64,000 nt of DNA from Gemmatimonadales bacterium. Its GTDB lineage: Bacteria; Gemmatimonadota; Gemmatimonadetes; Gemmatimonadales; GWC2-71-9. Positions 27,244 through 36,217 of this stretch are shown here, in pieces. The stretch covers positions 26,018 through 90,017 of the forward strand of contig DASPXD010000149.1 in NCBI GenBank assembly GCA_035637435.1, given 5' to 3'. The notes under the pieces are model-generated. The model made no database searches, was not told the origin of the DNA, and saw nothing but the letters and a program-made list of their open reading frames with translations. Numbering within the stretch: the first letter of the stretch is position 1; each line of letters begins with the position of its first letter. Both the position numbers and the translations under genes were made by a program.

Positions 27244-28352
27244 CCCAGCGCCCCCCCCGCCGACGAGTGCTGTTCAAAATCGGATTCGTCTACCACAAAG
27301 CTGCGTTCGACCCGGTGATCGAGCTGTTTCAAGGCGACGACCGCTACGACGTCTTCTTCGCGTTGGATGAGGAACGCGTGCGGCGGTTCTTCGTCAACTT
27401 CCGCTATCGGCCGCCGATCGTGGATGAGTGGATCCGCCAGGGCTACCGTTTCACGGATGAGAAGCGCGGCTTCGATGTCGTGATCGCGGGCGACACGGTC
27501 CGCGCTGAGGCGTATGGCCGAACCCTCCTCTGCTTCCTCAACCATGGCACGGGGATCAAGAATATTCTGTATCGCAACCTCGCCAGGAATCTCGACACCC
27601 GCTACCAGATCTTCGTCGAAGGCCGGTACCGCGTGGAGCGGATCGAACAGTCCGGTTTTCAGGGGAGGAGCGAGGTGCACTTGATCGGGCTGCCCAAGCT
27701 GGACTGGTACTTCCAGGGCCGATACCGCGCCGGCGCGGAGCTGCTGCGGCGCTGGGGCCTCGATCCGAACCGGCCAACCGTGCTGTTTGCGCCAACGTAC
27801 AAGCCCACCTGCATGTACGATGTGAAAGACGCGATCTTCGAGGCGACCCGGGACCGCTACAACCTGATCGTCAAGCTCCATCACTACAGCTGGATGGGAA
27901 AGTACGCCCCGCACCGGCAGCACCGGATCTTCGAGCGGCGGGTCAAAAAGTACCCGCACAGCGTGCTGCTGCCGCCCAGCGAGTACAACATCGTGCCATA
28001 CATGGCGGCTGTGGACACGCTGGTCAGTGAAGCCTCCAGCACGGTCTTCGACTTCCTGGCCCTCGGCAAGACCGGCATCGTCTACGACCTCCCCTGCGAC
28101 GACCTGGTTCACAGCGACGGCCAACCACTACTCACCGAGGACAACCGCGAGTTCTTGAAGGGCGCGTTCGTGCACGTGGATTCGCCCGACCGCCTCGGTG
28201 AGGCGATCGAGCAGGCGCTGCACCCTACGCCTGCCATGCGGGCAGCCGCTGACGAGCAACGGGCTTACTACTTCCACGGGCTGGACGGCCGCGCCAGCCA
28301 GCGTCTCAAGGACAAGATCGAGGAATTGCTCGCGGGGGAACGCTCCCATTAA
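27240..28352 (+). CDS. CDP-glycerol/ribitol glycerophosphotransferase family (TagB/TagF-like)
   Basis: VLFAPTYKPT, LIVKLHHYSW and DTLVSEASSTVFDFLALGKTGIVYD blocks. Its ATG overlaps the upstream stop (ATGA). Confidence 0.7.
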   Translation: MTQRPPRRRVLFKIGFVYHKAAFDPVIELFQGDDRYDVFFALDEERVRRFFVNFRYRPPIVDEWIRQGYRFTDEKRGFDVVIAGDTVRAEAYGRTLLCFLNHGTGIKNILYRNLARNLDTRYQIFVEGRYRVERIEQSGFQGRSEVHLIGLPKLDWYFQGRYRAGAELLRRWGLDPNRPTVLFAPTYKPTCMYDVKDAIFEATRDRYNLIVKLHHYSWMGKYAPHRQHRIFERRVKKYPHSVLLPPSEYNIVPYMAAVDTLVSEASSTVFDFLALGKTGIVYDLPCDDLVHSDGQPLLTEDNREFLKGAFVHVDSPDRLGEAIEQALHPTPAMRAAADEQRAYYFHGLDGRASQRLKDKIEELLAGERSH

Positions 28353-28375
28353 CATTGGGAGGGTGCAGCGTCCTC

Positions 28376-29557
28376 GTGGCTAAGACCTTCCTGCTGACCG
28401 GCGAATTCCCGCCGATGCAGACCGGCATCGCCCGGATGATGGGCGAGCTCACGCGCCGTTACCCGCGGGGCGAGCTGCTCGTCTCGACGGGCCAGCATCG
28501 CGACTCCCAGGACTCGGACGTCCGCTTCAGCGGCGCGGTGGTCGATCGCTTACCGGTGCCGAGCAAGGCGCTGCGCAATCTTGCCGGTCTGCTGTTCTGG
28601 TCGCGGCGCGTCGCGTCGCTCGCGCGGCAGCACAAGCCGCACTTCGCATGGTGCGATTCGATCCGCCCCTGCACCTATCCGGCGAAATGGATGCACGAGC
28701 GCGTCGGCACGAAGTACGGTGTCTTCGTGCACGGCGGCGACCTGCTCAAGGAGCTGCACGCGATCCATCACTCGCGCTTCGCGCGCAAAACGGCGAAGGC
28801 GCTGCTGGGATCCGCGGTCGCCGTGGTGGCCAACAGCCAGTGGACGCGTGAGCAGGCACAGAAGGTGCTGCGCGAGCTGGGCCTCGATCCCCTGGCCGAG
28901 AGTGTGCGCCTCGTTCCCCTCGGCACCGACCCCGAACAGTTTCGTCCGGGGATCGACACCCACGCCGTCCGCACGCGCTATCACCTCAATGGGCAGGCGT
29001 CGTGGGTGCTCACGGTCGCGCGGCTCGAGGCGTACAAGGGCGTGGACATGGCATTGCGTGCCGTGGCGCAGTGCCGGCACGATGGCCTCGACGTGAACTA
29101 CCTGATCGTCGGCAGTGGCAAGCAGCGCAAGGAATATCAGCGACTCGCCGAGGAGCTGAAGATCGCCGATCATGTGCGCTTCGTCGGCAACGTGCCCGAG
29201 GCGGAGCTACCGGCCGTGTTCAACATCGCGAGCGCCTACATCGGCGTGTCGCGCCGCGCCGACGGCTCGCGCGTCGAAGGATTCGGCGTGGCGTTGGCGG
29301 AAGCGAGCGCCAGCGGCCTGCCGGTGATCGCGGGTCAATCGGGCGGGCTGGCTGAAGCGGTCCATGACGGCGAGACGGGGCTCGTGGTGAATCCCGACGA
29401 CCCGGAGGCGGTCGCGACGGCGCTCAAACGCCTGCTCGGCGACCAGCTGCTGGCGCGGCGGCTCGGGCAGGCGGGCCGCAAGTCCATCGAGACTTACTAC
29501 AATTGGGACCGTGTCATCCGCGACCTGCGGGACATCGAATCACAGGTCTCGTCGTAG
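28376..29557 (+). CDS. Glycosyltransferase family 4
   Basis: KTFLLTGEFPPMQTGIA N-terminus and VEGFGVALAEASASGLPVIAGQSGGLAEAV. The start could be TTG 28355 or GTG 28376. Confidence 0.8.
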   Translation: MAKTFLLTGEFPPMQTGIARMMGELTRRYPRGELLVSTGQHRDSQDSDVRFSGAVVDRLPVPSKALRNLAGLLFWSRRVASLARQHKPHFAWCDSIRPCTYPAKWMHERVGTKYGVFVHGGDLLKELHAIHHSRFARKTAKALLGSAVAVVANSQWTREQAQKVLRELGLDPLAESVRLVPLGTDPEQFRPGIDTHAVRTRYHLNGQASWVLTVARLEAYKGVDMALRAVAQCRHDGLDVNYLIVGSGKQRKEYQRLAEELKIADHVRFVGNVPEAELPAVFNIASAYIGVSRRADGSRVEGFGVALAEASASGLPVIAGQSGGLAEAVHDGETGLVVNPDDPEAVATALKRLLGDQLLARRLGQAGRKSIETYYNWDRVIRDLRDIESQVSS

Positions 29558-29568
29558 CACCCACCGAA

Positions 29569-30651
29569 TCAGCCTGATTTCCGCATTTCCTTTGCTTGGT
29601 CCGCAGGTCGTGCGATGATCGCGTACGTCGGGCAGTGGCGGATGTAGCCGCCGTCCATCGGCGACCACTCTTGATCCGGCTGCGTCACGACCGCCTTCCG
29701 CTCCGAGTCGAGCACGAACATCCCCTGCGGCCCATGCACCAGACACGTGCCGCACCCGATGCAGCGCTCGCGCTCCACGCGCACCAGCACGCGCCGCTTG
29801 GGATAGATGCCGACCTCACCCGGCTCCGGCCAATCATCGGCGCGGTCGAGCGCTGCCGCGGTCGCGCGATATCCCTCTTCGACCTCTTCGCGCAGGTGAT
29901 CGAACGAGAACATCGTGACGTGCTCGACGCGCGGCTGGATATAGTAGACCGGCGGCGTCGTCCAGGTGCGCACGCGCTGCTCGAGCAGCGTCGTCATCAG
30001 GATCTCGGTCGCGCGCGCGAACACGCCCGCGAAGCCTTCATCCTGCGCGTCGGCCGTGAGCACGCTCGACGCCGAGACGTCCACCGCCACGATCAGCTCG
30101 GGGCCGAGCGCGCGCGCTGCGTCGAAGGGGACGTTGGAGACCACGGCGCCGTCCACATAGAACCGGCCGCCGATCTCGTGCGGCGGGAAGTATCCCGGCA
30201 GGGCACAGGACGCGAACACCGCGTCGGCGACCCGGATGTCGTCGAGCCCCGGCAGGCCCCAGAACACCTGCATCCCCGAGTTCAGGTCCACGGTGTTGAC
30301 GACGACGGGCGGGTCGAGCTGTTGGAAGCTGAGGTCGCCGCAGGTGCGCTGGATGAGGTGCTCGAGCGGCTCGCGCCGGAACAGGGCGGGCGAGCGCATG
30401 CGCTTGAACGCCATGTCGGCATGCGCGACCGCGAACACCTCTTTGCGCTTGAGGCTGAGCGCGATCTCGCGCAGCTTGGCGATGCCCATCCCGCCGGCCC
30501 AGGCGGCGCCGACGAGCGCGCCGACGCTCGACCCGATGATGCGGGTCGGCCGGTGGCCGCGCTCGAGCAACGCCTGGAGCACGCCCACGTGGGCGAGCCC
30601 CTTGATCCCGCCCCCGCCCAGCACGAGGGTGAACGGTGTGTCTCGCTTCAC
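29569..30651 (-). CDS. Patatin-like phospholipase fused to a C-terminal single-cluster ferredoxin domain
   Basis: GGGGIKG oxyanion motif, GSSVGA serine lipase motif and DGAVVSN Asp motif. C-terminus has CIGCGTCLVHGP...IRHCPTYAI. The start could be GTG 30651 or ATG 30708. Confidence 0.8.
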   Translation of the reverse strand: MKRDTPFTLVLGGGGIKGLAHVGVLQALLERGHRPTRIIGSSVGALVGAAWAGGMGIAKLREIALSLKRKEVFAVAHADMAFKRMRSPALFRREPLEHLIQRTCGDLSFQQLDPPVVVNTVDLNSGMQVFWGLPGLDDIRVADAVFASCALPGYFPPHEIGGRFYVDGAVVSNVPFDAARALGPELIVAVDVSASSVLTADAQDEGFAGVFARATEILMTTLLEQRVRTWTTPPVYYIQPRVEHVTMFSFDHLREEVEEGYRATAAALDRADDWPEPGEVGIYPKRRVLVRVERERCIGCGTCLVHGPQGMFVLDSERKAVVTQPDQEWSPMDGGYIRHCPTYAIIARPADQAKEMRKSG

Positions 30652-30706
30652 ATCAGTATCCCATTGCCCGCGGGGTGAAGTCCCGAGTAACGTAGTCGGG
30701 ACCCCC

Positions 30707-31552
30707 ATGGCGGCGCCACTGTTTTGGACACGACTCGCGCACGATCGCTGGGCCCGCTTCGGCCTGGGTCTCGTCGCACTCCTCGCGCTGCTGGCGATGC
30801 TCGCCCCGTGGCTCGCTCCCGGTGATCCATTCCGAGGTGACCTCTCTGCAAGTTTGCGTCCACCCTCCGGCGCGTTTCTGCTGGGCAGCGACGCCCAGGG
30901 GCGCGATGTGCTGTCGCGCGTGCTCTACGGCGCCCGCCTGTCGCTCGCCGTCGGCTTGATCAGCCAGAGCATCGCCCTGGCGCTCGGCGTGACGTTAGGA
31001 CTCGTGTCCGGTTACTACGGCCGCTGGATGGACGGCCTGATCATGCGGGTCGCCGACGTGACGCTCGCATTTCCGTCGCTGCTGCTGCTGATCGCCATCG
31101 CCGCGGCGGTGAAGCCGTCGCTGCCCGTCGTGTTCGTCGTCATCGGTATCGTCGGCTGGGCCGGTATGGCGCGCATCGTCCGCGGCCAGGTCCTGCTGAC
31201 GCGCGGTCTCGAGTACGTGCAGGCGGCCCGCGCTCTGGGCGCGTCAGACGCCCGGATCATCGCGCGGCATCTGCTGCCCAACGTGATCGCGCCCGTGATA
31301 GTTGCGGGGACGCTCGGCATCGGCGGCGCGATCATGGCCGAAGCGGCGCTGTCGTTCATCGGCCTCGGCGCGCAACCGCCGACCCCGTCGTGGGGCGCGA
31401 TGGTCGCCGACGGACGCGATTTGCTGCGTGTCGCGCCGTGGGTCTCGATCGCTCCGGGCGTGGCGATCGGCCTCGCGGTGCTGGGACTCAATCTGCTGGG
31501 CGACGGATTGCGGGACGCGCTCGACGTCAGAAGCATGGGTCGCGCGGCATGA
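30707..31552 (+). CDS. DppC/OppC-type ABC transporter permease (orphan)
   Basis: N-terminal dimerisation region (RFGLGLVALLALLAMLAPWLAPGDPF) and EAA-type loop (YVQAARALGASDARIIARHLLPN). The 438-aa ORF was trimmed to ATG 30707. Confidence 0.8.
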   Translation: MAAPLFWTRLAHDRWARFGLGLVALLALLAMLAPWLAPGDPFRGDLSASLRPPSGAFLLGSDAQGRDVLSRVLYGARLSLAVGLISQSIALALGVTLGLVSGYYGRWMDGLIMRVADVTLAFPSLLLLIAIAAAVKPSLPVVFVVIGIVGWAGMARIVRGQVLLTRGLEYVQAARALGASDARIIARHLLPNVIAPVIVAGTLGIGGAIMAEAALSFIGLGAQPPTPSWGAMVADGRDLLRVAPWVSIAPGVAIGLAVLGLNLLGDGLRDALDVRSMGRAA

Positions 31553-32736
31553 CCGAGATCGCCTACCACCCGACCCACGTCCGCGCGCTACGCGAGACCT
31601 TCAAGGCGCTGCGCACGTCGGAATTCCCGTGGACGGCGGATACGACCTATCTCAACAATGCCTCCATCGGCCCCATACCGGAGCGGACCCGGCGCGCGCT
31701 CGATGAGTTCACGGCGAAACGTACCGCGCCGCACCTGTTGCCCGACCGCGAGCTGTTCGCCGGCCTTGCCGCCGCGCGACTCGGGCTAGCCCAACTGATC
31801 AATGCCGACCCGTCGGAGATCGCCCTCGCCACCAACACCGGTTTCGGATTGCACCTCGCCGCGCGCGCGTTGCCGCTCAAGGTGGGTGACGTCGTGCTGC
31901 TGTCGGACAAGGAGTTCCCCGCCAACGTCTATCCCTGGCTGCTGCTGCGCGATCAGGGGATCACGGTCGAGATGGCACGCTGCACGCCGCAGGGATGGCC
32001 GGACGAGGAGCATCTGCTAGAGCGGCTGCGCGACCCCAAAGTGCGCGTGCTCGCGGTCTCGTTCGTGCAGTTCTCCAGCGGCTATCGCGCCGATCTGAAA
32101 AAACTGGGCGCCGCCTGCCGCGCCAACGGGACGTACCTGGTGGTGGACGGCATTCAGGGCGTCGGCAATTCGGTGCTCGACGTGCAGGAGACGCCGGTCG
32201 ATATCCTGGCGTGCGGCGGGCAGAAATGGCTGCTGTCGCCGTGGGGATCGGGATTCGTGTACGTGCGCAAGGAGCTGGTCGCGAAACTCGAGCCGACGAT
32301 CACCGGTTGGATGGCCTTTGAGGGCACGGACGATTTCTCGCGACTCACCGAGTACAATCCCACGTTCCGTTCTGATGCCCGCCGCTTCGAAATGATCACC
32401 CTGCCGTATCAGGACTTCGTGGGCATGACGCAGTCGCTGGCGCTGCTGCTCGAGATGGGCGTGCGCGACATCGCTGAGGTGACGCGCGCGACGCACGAGC
32501 CGATCGTGAAGTGGGCGCAGGAGAACGGCGTGCGGATCACATCGCCCACCGAGAACGGCCACCGCTCCGCGATCCTCTGCGTGGCGCCGGCGAAGCCGGT
32601 GGAGGCGTATCACGGCATGAAGCGCGCGCGCGTCGTATGCAGCCTGCGCGAGGGCGCGATCCGGCTCTCGCCGCACTGCTACAACACGGTGGAGGAGATG
32701 GAGAAGGTGATCGAGGTGCTGGACGATCTGATGTAG
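31549..32736 (+). CDS. Class V aminotransferase-fold PLP enzyme (cysteine desulfurase/lyase-like)
   Basis: YLNNASIGP N-terminus and PLP-lysine region ACGGQKWLLSPWGSGFVYV. Its ATG overlaps the upstream stop (ATGA). Confidence 0.75.
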   Translation: MTEIAYHPTHVRALRETFKALRTSEFPWTADTTYLNNASIGPIPERTRRALDEFTAKRTAPHLLPDRELFAGLAAARLGLAQLINADPSEIALATNTGFGLHLAARALPLKVGDVVLLSDKEFPANVYPWLLLRDQGITVEMARCTPQGWPDEEHLLERLRDPKVRVLAVSFVQFSSGYRADLKKLGAACRANGTYLVVDGIQGVGNSVLDVQETPVDILACGGQKWLLSPWGSGFVYVRKELVAKLEPTITGWMAFEGTDDFSRLTEYNPTFRSDARRFEMITLPYQDFVGMTQSLALLLEMGVRDIAEVTRATHEPIVKWAQENGVRITSPTENGHRSAILCVAPAKPVEAYHGMKRARVVCSLREGAIRLSPHCYNTVEEMEKVIEVLDDLM

Positions 32737-32752
32737 GGCGGTGGCAAGTCCT

Positions 32753-34012
32753 TCACGCGCGTCTCAGCAGCGCGTACTCCTTCTTCCCTTTGCGCAGCAG
32801 GAGATTGCGGCCGCCGATCCAGTCCCCCGACGCGATGGTTCGGCCGGCGTCATCGACGCGCTGCTGATTGACGTAGATGCCCCCCTGCTCGATGCTGCGG
32901 CGCGCTTCACTCTTCGACTTGGCGAGACCGGCGCGCGCCACGAGATCGACCAGCGCCACGCCGTCCGATTCCCCTTCGACGGCGATCGTGGGGATCTCGC
33001 CGGCCAGAATCTCGAACACCTGCGGGTGGACCTCCGGCTGCTCTTCACCGAACAGAATCGCGGACGCGGCTTGCACGCCCGAGAGCACTTCCGCGCCGTG
33101 CACCAGCGCCGTCACGGCAGCCGCGAGCGCCCGTTGCGCCGGGCGCTGGGCGGGACTCCGGGCCTGTTGCGCCACAAGGCTCGTGATCTCCGGCTCGGGA
33201 AGATGCGTGAACAGTTTCAGGTATCTCTCGACGTCGCGATCGTCCGTATTGATCCAGGACTGATAGAACTTGTACGGCGACGTGAGCTGGGGGTCGAGAT
33301 AGATCGCTCCCTCTTCCGTCTTGCCGAACTTTTTCCCCGAGGCCATCGTCACCAGCGGAGCGACCAGTCCGTGTGCCTCCGCGTTCTCGATGCGCCGGAT
33401 CAAATCCACGCCCGCCGTGATGTTCCCCCACTGGTCGCTGCCGCCGACCTGGAGCGTGCACTTGCGCTCGCGAAACAGGTGCAGGAAGTCGTAGGCCTGG
33501 AGCAGCATGTAGCTGAACTCGGTGAACGACAGCCCCGAATCGAGTCGCGCCTTCACCGACTCCTTCTGCAGCATGACGTTCACCGTGAAGTGCTTGCCGA
33601 CGTCGCGCAGGAAATCGATCACGCGCTGCTCGATCAGCCACTTGGCGTTGTCCAGCAGCAGCGCGGCCGTGGGACCGGCGCCGAATTCCAGAAACCGCGC
33701 GGCCTGGTCGCGCATGCGATGCACGTTCTCGCGGATTTCTTCCTTGGAGAGCAGCGGGCGCTCGCCCGGCTTCCCCGAGGGATCGCCGATCAAGCCGGTC
33801 CCGCCGCCCATCAGCACGATCGGCCGATGGCCGCCGCGTTGCAGATTGGCGAGCAGCATCAGCGGCATGAGATTGCCGAGCTGCAGCGAGGGTGCCGTCG
33901 GGTCGAAGCCGCAGTAGGCGGTGACCGGGCCTTTCGCGAAATGCGCGGCCAGCGCGGGCGTGGCCTGCTGCACGAAGCCTCGCCATTCCAGTGCCTGCAA
34001 GACGTCGGTCAT
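32753..34012 (-). CDS. tyrS: Tyrosine--tRNA ligase
   Basis: Class I synthetase with KFGKT (KMSKS-type) motif and a C-terminal S4-like domain (EARRSIEQGGIYVNQQRV). Confidence 0.93.
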   Translation of the reverse strand: MTDVLQALEWRGFVQQATPALAAHFAKGPVTAYCGFDPTAPSLQLGNLMPLMLLANLQRGGHRPIVLMGGGTGLIGDPSGKPGERPLLSKEEIRENVHRMRDQAARFLEFGAGPTAALLLDNAKWLIEQRVIDFLRDVGKHFTVNVMLQKESVKARLDSGLSFTEFSYMLLQAYDFLHLFRERKCTLQVGGSDQWGNITAGVDLIRRIENAEAHGLVAPLVTMASGKKFGKTEEGAIYLDPQLTSPYKFYQSWINTDDRDVERYLKLFTHLPEPEITSLVAQQARSPAQRPAQRALAAAVTALVHGAEVLSGVQAASAILFGEEQPEVHPQVFEILAGEIPTIAVEGESDGVALVDLVARAGLAKSKSEARRSIEQGGIYVNQQRVDDAGRTIASGDWIGGRNLLLRKGKKEYALLRRA

Positions 34013-34043
34013 GGCGGCGAATCTACGGCTTAACTAGGTTTTA

Positions 34044-36215
34044 GTGCAGATGGCATCATCGACGCCCCCCTCAGCACCGCGCCGCCCCTTCTTCATCCGC
34101 TGGTGGTACGTTCCCGTCCAGCGGCGGCGGGTGATCATCGCCACCGTGCTCGCCCTGCTGTACGGCGGCGGGCTGGCCTACGGCTCGTGGACGCGCGTCT
34201 GCGCCGGCGACCGCTGCCCCAGCATCATGCGCATCGATCCGGGACAGCGGCCGCAGCTCCAGACCTCCAAGGTGTATGCGGCCGATGGCCGCCTGATCAC
34301 CGAGTTGGGGATCGAGCGCCGCACCGTCGTTCCGCTCGACCAGATCCCCGTCCACGTGCGCCAGGCATTCCTGGCCACGGAAGACAAGCGCTTCTACCGC
34401 CACCACGGGATCGACTTCGTGCGGCTGCCCGGAGCGATGCTCAAAGGCTTCCGCGGCTTCTCCACGATCACCCAGCAGCTCGCCCGGAACGTCTTCAAGG
34501 ACAAGATCACCCGCGAACGCTCGCTCGGCCGGAAGCTGCGGGAAGCCCGTGTCGCGCTGGAGTTGGAGCGCAATTTCCCGAAGGACACGATTCTCCAGCT
34601 GTACCTGAATCAGATCAGCCTCGGCCCCAACGTGGCGGGCGTCGAAGCGGCGTCGCAGGTCTACTTTGGCAAGTCGGTGCGCGATATCAATGTCGCCGAA
34701 GCGGCGACACTCGCCGCTCTTCCCAAAGCCCCGGGGACCTACAATCCCCGCACGCATCCCGACAACGCGATCTGGCGCCGCAACGTCGTGCTCACGCTGA
34801 TGCGCAATCAGGGATTCCTGACCCCTGAGGATGCGGAATTCTGGAAAGCGTATCCGCTGGTGTTGACCACGCGCCGCACCAGCTACGGCGACGTGGCGCC
34901 GTATTTCGTCGAATGGCTGCGCTCGGCGTTCCTCGAGCCGCGCTTCGGCCGCGATCTCTACGAGAAGGGCCTGCGCATCTACACCACGCTCGATCTCGAC
35001 ATGCAGGAGGCCGCGGAGCAGGCCCTCCAGTCGCAGCTCAACGAGATCGAATCGGGCGTGTACTCCAACGGCAAGTTCGAGGGCACGTCGTATCGCGACT
35101 ACCTCGAGCAGGGTCGCAGCACGCCCGACGACCAGGGTCCGTTCGCGCCCTATCTGCAGGGCGCGTTGCTCGCGATCGACGCCAAGACCGGCAACATCCT
35201 CGCGATGGTCGGTGGCCGGGACTTCGTCGACTCGAAGTGGAACCGCGTCACGCAGTCGGCGCGGCCGCCGGGCTCCACGTTCAAGCCGTTCGTGTATTCG
35301 GCCGCGATCCGCGCCGGGCATCCCGTCACCGAGATGCTGGACGACACGCCGCTCAATCCGCCCGTCATCCAGCTCGACAGCTCGCTGTGGCAGCCGAAGG
35401 ACTATGACGACACGACGCTGGGCCTCATCCCGATGCGCCAGTCGCTGTACCTGTCACGCAACCTGTCGACGATCAAGCTCGGCATGGCGCTGGGCGAGCA
35501 AACGGTGATCGGTGAAGCGCGCCGCTACGGCATCACGACCCCGCTGCCGCCCTATCCCTCGATCCACATCGGCGCCCGCGAGACCAAGCCGATCGAGCTT
35601 ATCGCGGCGTACACGTCGTTCGCGAATAACGGGACGCGCGTCGAGCCAATCGGCATCCAGCGCATCGAGGACCGCCAGGGCAACATCCTCTACCAGTCCA
35701 CGATCAAGCGCGAGCAGGTGCTCGACCCCGAGCACAACTGGCTGATGCTCGACATGATGCGCGATGTGATGCGCTGCCAGCCCGGCACCGGCCCGCACCG
35801 CTGCGGCACGGCCGCCGGCGCGGTCGGGGGCCTGCGCGTCCCGATGGCGGGCAAGACCGGCACGACGGACGACTACACCGACGCCTGGTTCGTGGGCTTC
35901 ACGCCCGAGATCGTGACGGGCATCTGGATCGGCTACGATTTGCAGCGGCGCATCATGAACAACGCCGGCGGCGGCCGCATCGTCGCGCCCGCCTGGACGA
36001 AGTTCATGCGCGACGTGTACGAGCGACGCCCGGCCCCCGGAGACTGGGCGCGGCCCGACGATCTCGTGACGCGCGAGGTCGACTGGTCGAACGGATTCCT
36101 CGCCACGCCGTTCTGCCCGCTCGAGGTACGGCGCTGGGAGTGGTTCTATCCGGGCACGGAGCCTACGCAGGTGTGCCAGGTGCACTCACCGTTCGGCGTC
36201 GGCGTCACGCCGTAG
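34044..36215 (+). CDS. Class A penicillin-binding protein (PBP1A: glycosyltransferase plus transpeptidase)
   Basis: GT51 motifs EDKRFYRHHGID and RKLREA. Transpeptidase motifs STFKP and KTGTT. Confidence 0.9.
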   Translation: MQMASSTPPSAPRRPFFIRWWYVPVQRRRVIIATVLALLYGGGLAYGSWTRVCAGDRCPSIMRIDPGQRPQLQTSKVYAADGRLITELGIERRTVVPLDQIPVHVRQAFLATEDKRFYRHHGIDFVRLPGAMLKGFRGFSTITQQLARNVFKDKITRERSLGRKLREARVALELERNFPKDTILQLYLNQISLGPNVAGVEAASQVYFGKSVRDINVAEAATLAALPKAPGTYNPRTHPDNAIWRRNVVLTLMRNQGFLTPEDAEFWKAYPLVLTTRRTSYGDVAPYFVEWLRSAFLEPRFGRDLYEKGLRIYTTLDLDMQEAAEQALQSQLNEIESGVYSNGKFEGTSYRDYLEQGRSTPDDQGPFAPYLQGALLAIDAKTGNILAMVGGRDFVDSKWNRVTQSARPPGSTFKPFVYSAAIRAGHPVTEMLDDTPLNPPVIQLDSSLWQPKDYDDTTLGLIPMRQSLYLSRNLSTIKLGMALGEQTVIGEARRYGITTPLPPYPSIHIGARETKPIELIAAYTSFANNGTRVEPIGIQRIEDRQGNILYQSTIKREQVLDPEHNWLMLDMMRDVMRCQPGTGPHRCGTAAGAVGGLRVPMAGKTGTTDDYTDAWFVGFTPEIVTGIWIGYDLQRRIMNNAGGGRIVAPAWTKFMRDVYERRPAPGDWARPDDLVTREVDWSNGFLATPFCPLEVRRWEWFYPGTEPTQVCQVHSPFGVGVTP

Positions 36216-36217
36216 GC

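Noticed and set aside
29569-30708. The patatin phospholipase as a CBASS (CapV-like) effector.
   Set aside because: There is no CD-NTase/cyclase, no Cap2/Cap3, and no defence-island context. The flanking genes are a glycosyltransferase and a permease.
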